Source: Candidatus Sumerlaeia bacterium
GTDB lineage: Bacteria > Sumerlaeota > Sumerlaeia > SLMS01
Reading direction: 5' to 3'
NCBI GenBank assembly: GCA_038208905.1
Contig: JBBQYG010000093.1
Coordinates: 1-15,245, forward strand
DNA: 15,245 nucleotides
Shown here in pieces: positions 8,173 to 15,245 of the stretch (the first letter of the stretch is position 1; every line of letters begins with the position of its first letter). Position numbers and translations under genes: made by a program. Below the pieces are notes generated by a model. It ran no database searches and was not told the DNA's origin. It saw nothing but the letters and a program-made list of their open reading frames with translations.

Positions 8173-8304
8173 GGCGTTTTCCCGATGCGGTGCGGCCCGG
8201 CCCGTGCCGGAAACCCGTGGCGAAGATGGATGGAGGATTGGCTGCTCCGGGGGGTGTGCGTCAATCCCCTTGCTCGCCGATGCCCGGGTAGAAACGCTCC
8301 CCTC

Positions 8305-11300
8305 ATGTCGCCAGCCTCCTTTGCCATAAACGCCCCCGTCAAAGTCACGATGATCTTTCTGGGGGTGCTCCTGCTGGGGTGGATATCCCTTGGGCGGCTT
8401 CCAACCAACCTCTTCCCCGATATTCGGGCGCCGCGCATCACGGTGACCGTGGACACCAACGGATTGAGTCCCGCCGAGGTCGAGCGACGCATTTGCGAGG
8501 TGATCGAGCGCTCGCTCTACTCGATCCGCGGGGTAACCGGGGTCCGGAGCATCTCGCGCGCGGACTCCGCCGTCATCGTGGTCAACTTCTCCTGGGAGAC
8601 GCGGCTGGAGTACGCCTTTCTGGAGGTCAAGAAGGCCGCGTCGGACTTGCAACGCGACCGCTCCAACGAGATTGAGTCGGTCACCGTCCTTCGCTATGAT
8701 CCCAATGCAACGCCGGTGATCACGGCGGCGCTGGTCGCACCTTCAGATGTGGACTTGGAATCCGTTTTCCGCGCGGCGGAGCAAACCCTCAAGCCGCGCT
8801 TCGAACGACTGGAGGGCGTCGCAAATGTGGTGCTGACGGGCGGGCTTCAGCGCGAGATTCAGGTGAATCTGGACGAGTCGCTGCTCCTTAGCTACAACTT
8901 GAATGTCTCAGACGTGGTCACCGCGCTTCAGGCCGACAATGTGGACGCGACCGGCGGGTGGGTGGAGGAGGGCGCGCGTCGCTATCTGCTGAAGGCGATC
9001 GGGCAGTTCCAGAACATTGGCGAAGTGGAGCGAGTCGTGGTCACGCGGCGCGGCGACGCTCCGATTCTGGTTTCCGATGTCGCCCAGGTCGTCAATGCGC
9101 CACGAGAGTCGAAGAGCATCGTCTATCAGGACGGCAAGCCCGGCGTCGGAATGGCCTTCTATCGGGAAGCCGAGAGCAACACCGTCGCCGTGGCCAAGGG
9201 AATCCGCGACGAGATCGAAGCATCGGCCAGAGTCCTGCCGGGCGACTGGAAACTGACCGTCGCCAATGACCAGTCGATCTTCATCAAGTCCGCCATCGAC
9301 GAGGTGAAGAACAACGCGCTGCTTGGTGGTCTGCTCTCGATCGTGGTGCTCATGCTCTTCCTCCGCGATTTCCGCACGACGATGATTATTTCCATCGCGA
9401 TTCCGATCTCGGTCATCGCGACGTTCAATCTCATTTATTTTCAGGGACTTTCGCTGAACCTGATGAGCCTGGGCGGGCTGGCGCTTGGCTGCGGCATGCT
9501 GGTGGACAACGCCATTGTGGTGCTTGAGAACGTCTTTCGCCTGCGCGGGGAGGGCGTCGCGCCGATGGAGGCGGCGCGGCGCGGCGCGAGCGAAGTGGGC
9601 GGTGCGCTGATCGCATCCACGGCGACCACGATCGCCGTTTTCCTTCCGATCGTCTATGTCAAGGGTGTTGCGGGATTGCTCTTCAAGGAACAGGCGATGA
9701 CCGTCGCCTACTCGCTCCTTGCCTCGCTGGTGGTGGCGCTGCTGCTGATCCCGATGCTTTGTGCCTACTTCCTTGGCGAGGTGAAAAGGACGGGAAAGCG
9801 CGAAGACGAAAACTTCGATGTTCCCTGCACTCCCTATGCCCGCCTATTGGCACTCGCACTGCGGGCGCGGTTTCTCGTGCTGATCGCGGCGGGCGTTGTC
9901 ATGGCCCTCACGATCTGGATGTTTCGGAGCATCCCCCAGGAGTTCCTTCCCCCCACCCAGTCGCGCCAGGTGGCGATGCGGCTGACGCTGCCCAACGGCA
10001 CACCCATCGAGGCAACCGATCGCGTGGCGATGGGGATCATCGGACAGCTCGAGCGCTTTGAGCCAGCCATCGAGAAGTCCTTTGCGCGCGTCGGCGAGCC
10101 CGAGGGCGTCGTGAATCCCAATACCGAGAATCCCGACGGCCCCAACACGGCGGACATCTACGTGACGCTTCGCGACGCCGACAACCCGACGACCGCGATG
10201 ATCGAGGCGGACCTCGCCAATTTCACCTCCTCTCGCTTTGTGGAAACGATGAAGCCGTTTACGGAAGCCATTCCCGACGCGAAGGTGGAATTCCGCACGG
10301 GGGAGGGGTCCATCTTCGAACTCCTCGGCACATCGAGCGCGCCTCTGCTGATCGAGATCAGCGGGCCGGAACTGGATCGCCTCTCCAGCCTCGCCCAGGA
10401 AATCTCCGGACGCCTCCTCTCCGCACCATCGCTGCTCAACGTGAGGACCAACATCCTCGACGGGGCGCCGGAGGTTCGCCTCAAGCTGGACAAGACGCAG
10501 CTGGCGCGGTACGGCCTCCAGGTCAATGGCGTTGCCACGATTCTAAAGCAGCGCATCGACGGCTCTGTGGCGACGCAGGTTCGCCGCGAATCCGGCGACG
10601 TGGATCTCCGCGTGCAGGTTGACTATGGCGAAGAGAATCTGGAGACGCTTCGCAACATCACGTTCAAGTCCTCCGGCGGCGCGCTCGTCAGGCTGGAGGC
10701 CATCGCGGAACTCGAAATCGTCCGGGCGCCACGCGAGATCGTGCGTCAGAAACAGGAACGCGTGGCGTATGTGATGGCCGATCTCGCCGACGGCGCCAAG
10801 CTATCCAGCGGCATCGCCGATGCGCGTGCGGCGCTTGACGGGATGAACGTGCCGCCGCGGTATGCGCTTCGCTACACGGGCGAGGAAGAGGAGCGGGCCA
10901 AGGCCTTTGGCGACCTTGCCTTCGCGTTGATACTCAGCATCGCGCTTGTCTATATGGTCATGGCATCGGTCTTCGAGAGTTTCCTTCAGCCGTTCCTGAT
11001 CATGTTCAGTATTCCCCTCGCGGGAATCGGCGTGGTGGCGGGATTGTCGGCAACCGGGCAATCGCTCAACGTGATGTCGATTATCGGCGTGGTCATGCTG
11101 GGAGGCATCGTGGTGAACAACGCGATCGTGCTGCTGGACTGCGTGAATCAGGTTCGCGCGCGGGCCAGGGAATCCGGTTTGGCGCTGGACGCCAGCGATG
11201 CGCTCGTCATCGGATGCGGGCGTCGCCTTCGTCCCGTGTTGATGACCACGGCGACGACGCTGCTTGGACTGTTGCCGATGGCAGTGGGTTGGGGCGAGGG

Positions 11301-11451
11301 AGCGGAACTGCGTCAGGCGATGGCGATTACCGTGCTTGGCGGTCTGGCTTCCTCCACGATTCTGACGCTCTTCGTGATTCCCGTGGGCCAGAGCTATCTG
11401 GATTCCCTGATCGCCCTGGCGCGCCGCATCATGGGCGGAAAAAAGGGATAG
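8305..11451 (+). CDS. RND efflux permease (AcrB/AcrD/AcrF family), 1048 aa
   Basis: MSPASFAINAPV start, LPTNLFPDI, SPAEVE, AIPISVIATF, GMLVDNAIVVLEN, PQEFLP, FESFLQP, GIVVNNAIVLLD, RLRPVLMTT. Two TM-plus-large-loop halves. Confidence 0.96.
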   Translation: MSPASFAINAPVKVTMIFLGVLLLGWISLGRLPTNLFPDIRAPRITVTVDTNGLSPAEVERRICEVIERSLYSIRGVTGVRSISRADSAVIVVNFSWETRLEYAFLEVKKAASDLQRDRSNEIESVTVLRYDPNATPVITAALVAPSDVDLESVFRAAEQTLKPRFERLEGVANVVLTGGLQREIQVNLDESLLLSYNLNVSDVVTALQADNVDATGGWVEEGARRYLLKAIGQFQNIGEVERVVVTRRGDAPILVSDVAQVVNAPRESKSIVYQDGKPGVGMAFYREAESNTVAVAKGIRDEIEASARVLPGDWKLTVANDQSIFIKSAIDEVKNNALLGGLLSIVVLMLFLRDFRTTMIISIAIPISVIATFNLIYFQGLSLNLMSLGGLALGCGMLVDNAIVVLENVFRLRGEGVAPMEAARRGASEVGGALIASTATTIAVFLPIVYVKGVAGLLFKEQAMTVAYSLLASLVVALLLIPMLCAYFLGEVKRTGKREDENFDVPCTPYARLLALALRARFLVLIAAGVVMALTIWMFRSIPQEFLPPTQSRQVAMRLTLPNGTPIEATDRVAMGIIGQLERFEPAIEKSFARVGEPEGVVNPNTENPDGPNTADIYVTLRDADNPTTAMIEADLANFTSSRFVETMKPFTEAIPDAKVEFRTGEGSIFELLGTSSAPLLIEISGPELDRLSSLAQEISGRLLSAPSLLNVRTNILDGAPEVRLKLDKTQLARYGLQVNGVATILKQRIDGSVATQVRRESGDVDLRVQVDYGEENLETLRNITFKSSGGALVRLEAIAELEIVRAPREIVRQKQERVAYVMADLADGAKLSSGIADARAALDGMNVPPRYALRYTGEEEERAKAFGDLAFALILSIALVYMVMASVFESFLQPFLIMFSIPLAGIGVVAGLSATGQSLNVMSIIGVVMLGGIVVNNAIVLLDCVNQVRARARESGLALDASDALVIGCGRRLRPVLMTTATTLLGLLPMAVGWGEGAELRQAMAITVLGGLASSTILTLFVIPVGQSYLDSLIALARRIMGGKKG

Positions 11452-11463
11452 CGATTGAACTCG

Positions 11464-11649
11464 GGAGTGTCGTGTAGGCCGGCGACCAGCAGGATGGCCC
11501 GCACCATGGAAACATGGCAGAATACTCGTGGGGGGCACTTTATGGTCGCCCCGAGGCAATGGCACCGGGGGTAGGCTTCAGGCAAGTGGTTCAGAAACCA
11601 TTCTCAACCCACAATAACTCGGTAGCTGAATTTCCGGCCTTGCCGCTCC
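11464..11649. ncRNA. Candidate structured RNA / leader upstream of the sbtA-like gene (family not recognised)
   Basis: Long-range closing helices GGAGTG/CGCTCC, AGGCCGG/CCGGCCT and CAGC/GCTG. Inner CCATG-GAAA-CATGG hairpin, GTGGG/CCCAC, CCCCG/CGGGG and AGTGGTT-CAGA-AACCATT. Confidence 0.3.
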
Positions 11650-11699
11650 GCCTCCGTGGCATTGCACTTCGCTGAGCCATCCCCTCCGGAACCGACTGC

Positions 11700-12668
11700 G
11701 TGACCTCCATCGACCTGCTGAAGGCCAACCTGCTCTCGCCCATGGTGCTTTGTTTTGCGCTGGGGGGGCTTGCCCGGTTCCTGCGCAGTGATCTGCGACT
11801 TCCAGAGAGCGTTTATGCGGCGCTCTCGACCTATCTGCTGCTATCCATCGGTCTAAAGGGCGGGGTGGCCCTCTCCAACGAGGATGTCTCGACAATCATC
11901 GCCCCCGTTGCCGCAACGCTCCTCTTGGGCCTGGCGATCCCGCCCATCGTGTTCGGAGTGTGTCGGGGAATAGGGCGGCTCAATACGGCAGACAGCGCCG
12001 CGCTGGCGGCCCACTACGGCTCCGTCTCCGCCGTAACGTTCATCGCGACCCAGACGTTTCTGGCCGCATTCGATGTTCCAGTGGAGGGCTACCTTCCGGC
12101 TCTGGTCGCGGTGCTGGAAATACCGGCGATCGTTGTGGGACTGCTCCTCGCGCGAAAGGAGCTGGCAGGCGGCGGCACCCTTCGCACGGCCCTGCACGAG
12201 ATACTAACGGGGAAGAGCGTCGTGCTGCTCGCGGGCGGAACGGTGATTGGCTTCCTTACGGGGGAGCAGGGCTTTGCCCACGTGAAGGAGTTCTTCGTCA
12301 CACCATTTCAGGGTGTCCTGTGCCTGTTCCTGCTGGATATGGGATTGCACGCGGCCATGAAGCTGCGCGAGGCGCGCAGGGCCGGCCCCTTCCTGATCCT
12401 GTTTGCGATCATTGGGCCACTTTGTTTCGGGGGGCTTGGAATCCTGGCGGGGTATCTGGCAGGTCTCGGCCTGGGTGGGAGCACGGTGCTGGGCGCGATG
12501 TCGGCCAGCGCCTCCTACATCGCCGCTCCGGCGGCTATACGTCTATCGCTTCCCAAGGCGAATCCGTCGATCTACCTCACGGCGGCGGTGGGGATCACGT
12601 TTCCGTTCAATCTGGCGCTGGGGATTCCGATCTACTTCTCGGTGGCCCGATGGCTCTTCGCGCCATAG
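11700..12668 (+). CDS. sbtA: Sodium-dependent bicarbonate transport family permease (SbtA-like)
   Basis: NLLSPMVLCFALG, SDLRLP, YLLLSIGLKGG, AAHYGSVSAVTF, LEIPAI, GVLCLFLLDMG, ASASYIAAPAA, ITFPFNLALGIPIY. About 10 TM helices, 322 aa. Confidence 0.93.
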   Translation: MTSIDLLKANLLSPMVLCFALGGLARFLRSDLRLPESVYAALSTYLLLSIGLKGGVALSNEDVSTIIAPVAATLLLGLAIPPIVFGVCRGIGRLNTADSAALAAHYGSVSAVTFIATQTFLAAFDVPVEGYLPALVAVLEIPAIVVGLLLARKELAGGGTLRTALHEILTGKSVVLLAGGTVIGFLTGEQGFAHVKEFFVTPFQGVLCLFLLDMGLHAAMKLREARRAGPFLILFAIIGPLCFGGLGILAGYLAGLGLGGSTVLGAMSASASYIAAPAAIRLSLPKANPSIYLTAAVGITFPFNLALGIPIYFSVARWLFAP

Positions 12669-12673
12669 CGATG

Positions 12674-13020
12674 TCAGTGCAGCATCAACCACGGGGCCGA
12701 TAGTCCGCTCGTCGTGTTCTCCACGAAGGACGCGCTAACAGCGTCCTGCCAAGATCCACAACGACATGCGTCCTCGACAGGATCAGGTCGCCAACATCGG
12801 CCGGGATAGACGCGGGTAGCGTCCCCGAGAACGTCACGCTTGCCGACGCGCCCGCCGCCAGTGTTGTGGAATCGGGGTTCACATTGAGAGTAAGGCTTTG
12901 CGCGCCGAGTCCCTCGAACTCCAGATCCCGCGACTGGGCATCGTCGTTGGTGACTGCATAGACAATGCTGAATGCCTGGCCCGGCGTTCGGGCGATCAAC
13001 TCCTTCTGAGCGGTGAGCGC
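12674..13020 (-). pseudogene. 3' remnant of a secreted-protein gene: Ig-like (CARDB/NPCBM-associated-like) domain with a probable frameshift near 12749
   Basis: [44 protein letters not shown] is Ig-like. The ORF 5' part runs through the tRNA terminator and has no signal peptide. An adjacent frame continues QDAVSASFVENTTSGLSAPWLMLH-stop (TGA at 12674-76), 5 nt from the convergent sbtA stop. Confidence 0.55.
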
Positions 13021-13023
13021 CTG

Positions 13024-13059
13024 AAAATGGAGCCGACCCCGGAAAGTTCCGGGGTCGGC
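13024..13059 (-). terminator. Intrinsic terminator downstream of tRNA-Pro
   Basis: Perfect inverted repeat GCCGACCCCGGAA(13032-44)/TTCCGGGGTCGGC(13047-59), followed on the minus strand by TCCATTTT. Confidence 0.8.
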
Positions 13060-13083
13060 GGGGTCATCCATGAAGCTTTTGAA

Positions 13084-13160
13084 TGGTCGGGGCGACAGGA
13101 TTTGAACCTGCGACCCCTCGCCCCCCAGGCGAGTGCGCTACCAGGCTGCGCTACGCCCCG
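13084..13160 (-). tRNA. tRNA-Pro (anticodon GGG)
   Basis: CGGGGCGTAGCGCAGCCTGGTAGCGCACTCGCCTGGGGGGCGAGGGGTCGCAGGTTCAAATCCTGTCGCCCCGACCA, 77 nt. Acceptor stem CGGGGCG/CGCCCCG, anticodon arm CTCGC-CTGGGGG-GCGAG, GTTCAAAT T-loop, encoded CCA. Confidence 0.99.
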
Positions 13161-13166
13161 ACGACC

Positions 13167-13201
13167 GGGCCGGAGTCTAGTCGTGAGTCCCCACGTGGCA
13201 A
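13167..13201 (-). promoter_or_regulatory. Sigma-70-type stable-RNA promoter for tRNA-Pro
   Basis: TTGCCA (13201-13196), 16-nt spacer, TAGACT (13179-13174), then GC-rich discriminator CCGGCCC, as in stringently controlled promoters. Confidence 0.65.
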
Positions 13202-13331
13202 GGCAAACTTTCCCTTATTTTCCATCGCCGGAGTCGACTGCCTCGCTCGCCAAATTCGAAGGCTGGCGAAGGGGATCACGAGTATATTGCTGTTGGGCGG
13301 GTGGAACGGAATCCGCCCGCCCAGCCGGCGA

Positions 13332-15245
13332 TCAATCGATCAAGTCGGCGGCGTCGACAACTCCATCTTCGTTCAGGTCGTTCAACGCGGGTTCGCCAGT
13401 TCCTCCGGAGCCGAGGATCTGGGCGATAGTCTCGCTCAGGACGGTCGTGGCCGTCGGTGAGACCGTCGGCGAGTCGGTGGCGGTGGCTGTTGCTGTTGCC
13501 GTAGCTGTGGGCGAGGCAGCGGTGGCCGTCGCGGTCTCACTCGGCGTTGTCGAAGGTGGGCTTATCGTAGCCGTCAGCGTGGGAGTTGTTGTCTCCGTCG
13601 CGGTGGCGGTCGGAGAGGCCGTGGCGGGCGTTGCGGTAGCGCTAATGGAAGGGGTCGCGGTGGCGGTGGCGGCCGTTGCGGTAGCGCTAATGGACGGGGT
13701 CGCGGTGGCGGTGGGCGTTTCAAGTTCGGTTGTCGCCGATGCCGTCGGTGTTGCGCTCATGGTCGGGCTCGCCAACGTCAGGGTCGGGCTCGCCAACGTC
13801 AGGGTCGGCGTCGTGGTCGCCGTCGCCGTGGGAAGCAGAGTCTCTATCGGTGATGGAGACGGGCTCTGTGTGGCCCCCGGATCGGTAGGGGTGGCCGTTG
13901 GCGTTTCGACACCAACTTCCGTTGGCGTTGGCGTGCTCGTGATGATCCCGGTCTCGGTGGGCGTCGCCGTTGGTGTCTCTACGCCAACTTCGGTCGGTGT
14001 GGGTGATTCGGTGAACGTCGGAGAGGTGGAAATGGTTGGCGACGCGGTCGCCGAGATTGAAATCGTGGGTGAAATGCTGGGCGTCGGCGAGGGGGTCGGA
14101 GTCGGCAGCCCCTGTCCCACGGCAACCAATGCCACCACGGTGCTCTGGGCGTTCTTGTCGTCCGTGACGGTCAGTCGGACGGAAAAGAGTCCCGCCGAGG
14201 GGAACGTCCACGAGAGCTTGCCGGAGCCGTTGACATCTTCCTCCGTGCCGTCGTTCCCAACATCCCATCCAAAGGCGACGATGGTTCCGTCCGAATCGCT
14301 GGAACCGGTGCCGTCGAGGGTGATGGTCGCCCCCGGTGACACATTGGCCTGTGCGGGGAGAACGGCGATCGGATCGGTGTTCTGCGGATCGGGATCCGGC
14401 GCTGTCACAGTGATTGACTGTAGCTTGGTCCCAATCACTGCGCCAAGGCTGTTGCGCGCGGTCACGACCACGTCGAATTGCTGAGAGCCTTCCTGCAAGA
14501 CGAAGAGGCGAGTTGGCGCAATTCCGGCCTTCGTCGAACCGTCATCGAAATTCCACTCGAAGGAGATGGGCGGATTGCTTCCCATCGCGCCGCCGCGGAA
14601 GTCGATGCGCGCGGGGCTTGATGCCTCCGTGCGAGATGCGTACAAATTCACCTCTGGCACGCCGCCAAAAGTTGCGTTCTGGCGGGCCCATGTTCCGATC
14701 AGTTCGATATCCTGCCAGCCTAGCCGCGCCGTGGGCGGCATGACGGAGCCAAACGATGGCTGCGAGCAGCGAATCTTCTCCATCAGGAAGCCCACCTTCG
14801 CCTTGTCGCCCGTTGTGCTGATATCGATCAGCTTGCGCGTGGGGGATTCAAGCGAGGGGACTTCGACGATGGAGGAGAAGCTGAATCCCTCGGCCAGGGA
14901 GAGTCCGGCGTTGGGACTCACGAGCCCGTGGCACCCGATGCAGTGGTTGTTGAAGACCGCCTGTACGTCGGGGAACCTCGCCGTATAGGACTGCGTGGGG
15001 AAGATGTCCTCGCAGTCATTGGGCGATGTCAGCCTGGGGAGCGCAATATTCAGCGGATCGGTGTTGGCCCCGGGATTGGGGGCGGATCGCGACTGGGCGA
15101 CATGGTTGGCGATGGTGGGCTTCAGGTTGGCGGAGATTTCGAACGTCCTCGTCTCGTCGCTTGTCCTCACGGGGAGGTAATAGCTGCCCTCATCCTCGGC
15201 CAACACGCCCCACGGGTAACCCGCGGGAACCAGTGGCGGTGTCAG
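13332..15245 (-). CDS. Large extracellular multidomain protein (5' end outside the window): monoheme cytochrome c domain, two PKD domains, Thr/Pro/Ser/Ala-rich linker, dockerin-like Ca-binding tail
   Basis: The frame stays open past GTG 15206 to the edge ([13 protein letters not shown]...). [11 protein letters not shown] (CxxCH at 14928-14942) and distal VMPP. PKD motifs FEWNFDDG and [22 protein letters not shown]. About 225-aa T/P-rich stretch. Terminal [15 protein letters not shown]. Confidence 0.92.
   Translation of the reverse strand: MTPPLVPAGYPWGVLAEDEGSYYLPVRTSDETRTFEISANLKPTIANHVAQSRSAPNPGANTDPLNIALPRLTSPNDCEDIFPTQSYTARFPDVQAVFNNHCIGCHGLVSPNAGLSLAEGFSFSSIVEVPSLESPTRKLIDISTTGDKAKVGFLMEKIRCSQPSFGSVMPPTARLGWQDIELIGTWARQNATFGGVPEVNLYASRTEASSPARIDFRGGAMGSNPPISFEWNFDDGSTKAGIAPTRLFVLQEGSQQFDVVVTARNSLGAVIGTKLQSITVTAPDPDPQNTDPIAVLPAQANVSPGATITLDGTGSSDSDGTIVAFGWDVGNDGTEEDVNGSGKLSWTFPSAGLFSVRLTVTDDKNAQSTVVALVAVGQGLPTPTPSPTPSISPTISISATASPTISTSPTFTESPTPTEVGVETPTATPTETGIITSTPTPTEVGVETPTATPTDPGATQSPSPSPIETLLPTATATTTPTLTLASPTLTLASPTMSATPTASATTELETPTATATPSISATATAATATATPSISATATPATASPTATATETTTPTLTATISPPSTTPSETATATAASPTATATATATATDSPTVSPTATTVLSETIAQILGSGGTGEPALNDLNEDGVVDAADLID
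13621..13714. repeat. 45-bp tandem duplication within the linker coding region
   Basis: gtggcgg[g/c]cgttgcggtagcgctaatgga[a/c]ggggtcgcggtggcg x2 with two mismatches; encodes [12 protein letters not shown] repeats. Confidence 0.9.
13761..13808. repeat. Perfect 21-bp tandem repeat within the linker coding region
   Basis: GGTCGGGCTCGCCAACGTCAG x2 plus GGTCGG; encodes (PTLTLAS)2PT. Confidence 0.95.
13882..14005. repeat. Diverged direct repeat with 72-bp period
   Basis: Two copies of [16 protein letters not shown] whose nucleotide differences fall at synonymous positions. Confidence 0.85.

Noticed and set aside
7984..8304. N-terminal extension of the RND ORF given in the track
   Set aside because: Overlaps the divergent lipoprotein gene; RND homology begins at ATG 8305.
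11545..11554. GTCGCCCCGA matching the tRNA-Pro 3' end (possible att site)
   Set aside because: Only 10 nt, GC-rich and inverted relative to the tRNA, with no integrase nearby; compatible with chance.
11566..11626. Resemblance to the c-di-AMP (ydaO) riboswitch 3' half (GGTAGG...AACCC-ACAA-TAACTCGGTAGC)
   Set aside because: The conserved GGGGUGAAU and GACAGCUAAC cores are missing, so the family cannot be assigned by eye.
11657..11672. TGGCATTGCACTTCGC as a sigma-54 promoter for sbtA
   Set aside because: GG-to-GC spacing is 11 nt rather than the required 10.
13621..14005. Direct repeats as a possible CRISPR array
   Set aside because: In-frame coding tandem duplications with no unique spacers and no cas genes.
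12898..14484. 528-aa Val/Gly/Ala-rich plus-strand ORF
   Set aside because: Mirror translation of the Thr/Pro linker; it also runs across the tRNA gene.

Overview
GC-rich bacterial chromosomal window with no CRISPR array, transposase, integrase or reverse transcriptase. Left to right: (1) a 3'-truncated minus-strand FHA-GAF-PAS-GAF-HisKA_3 sensor kinase that the ORF track misses because it runs off the left edge; (2) a divergent 77-aa HicB-like orphan; (3) an NtrC-family sigma-54 response regulator; (4) an extended-SDR nucleotide-sugar epimerase; (5) an ArnT/PMT-like GT-C glycosyltransferase; (6) a coupled lipoprotein + TPR gene pair on the minus strand; (7) an orphan RND permease; (8) an SbtA-family bicarbonate permease without sbtB; (9) a frameshifted Ig-like gene remnant; (10) tRNA-Pro(GGG) with promoter and terminator; (11) the 3' part of a large extracellular protein (CxxCH cytochrome c, 2x PKD, Thr/Pro-rich linker, half-dockerin tail). 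The best leads are the heme-bearing stalked surface protein, two candidate C-terminal sorting tags, the FHA-kinase/HicB-like/NtrC cluster with a nested inverted repeat covering both translation starts, and a ~185-nt switch-like structured leader upstream of sbtA. The C-terminal tails recall Candidatus Sumerlaeota (BRC1)-type proteins; this is recollection only and unverified. All domain calls come from motif reading by eye, with no database searches run.
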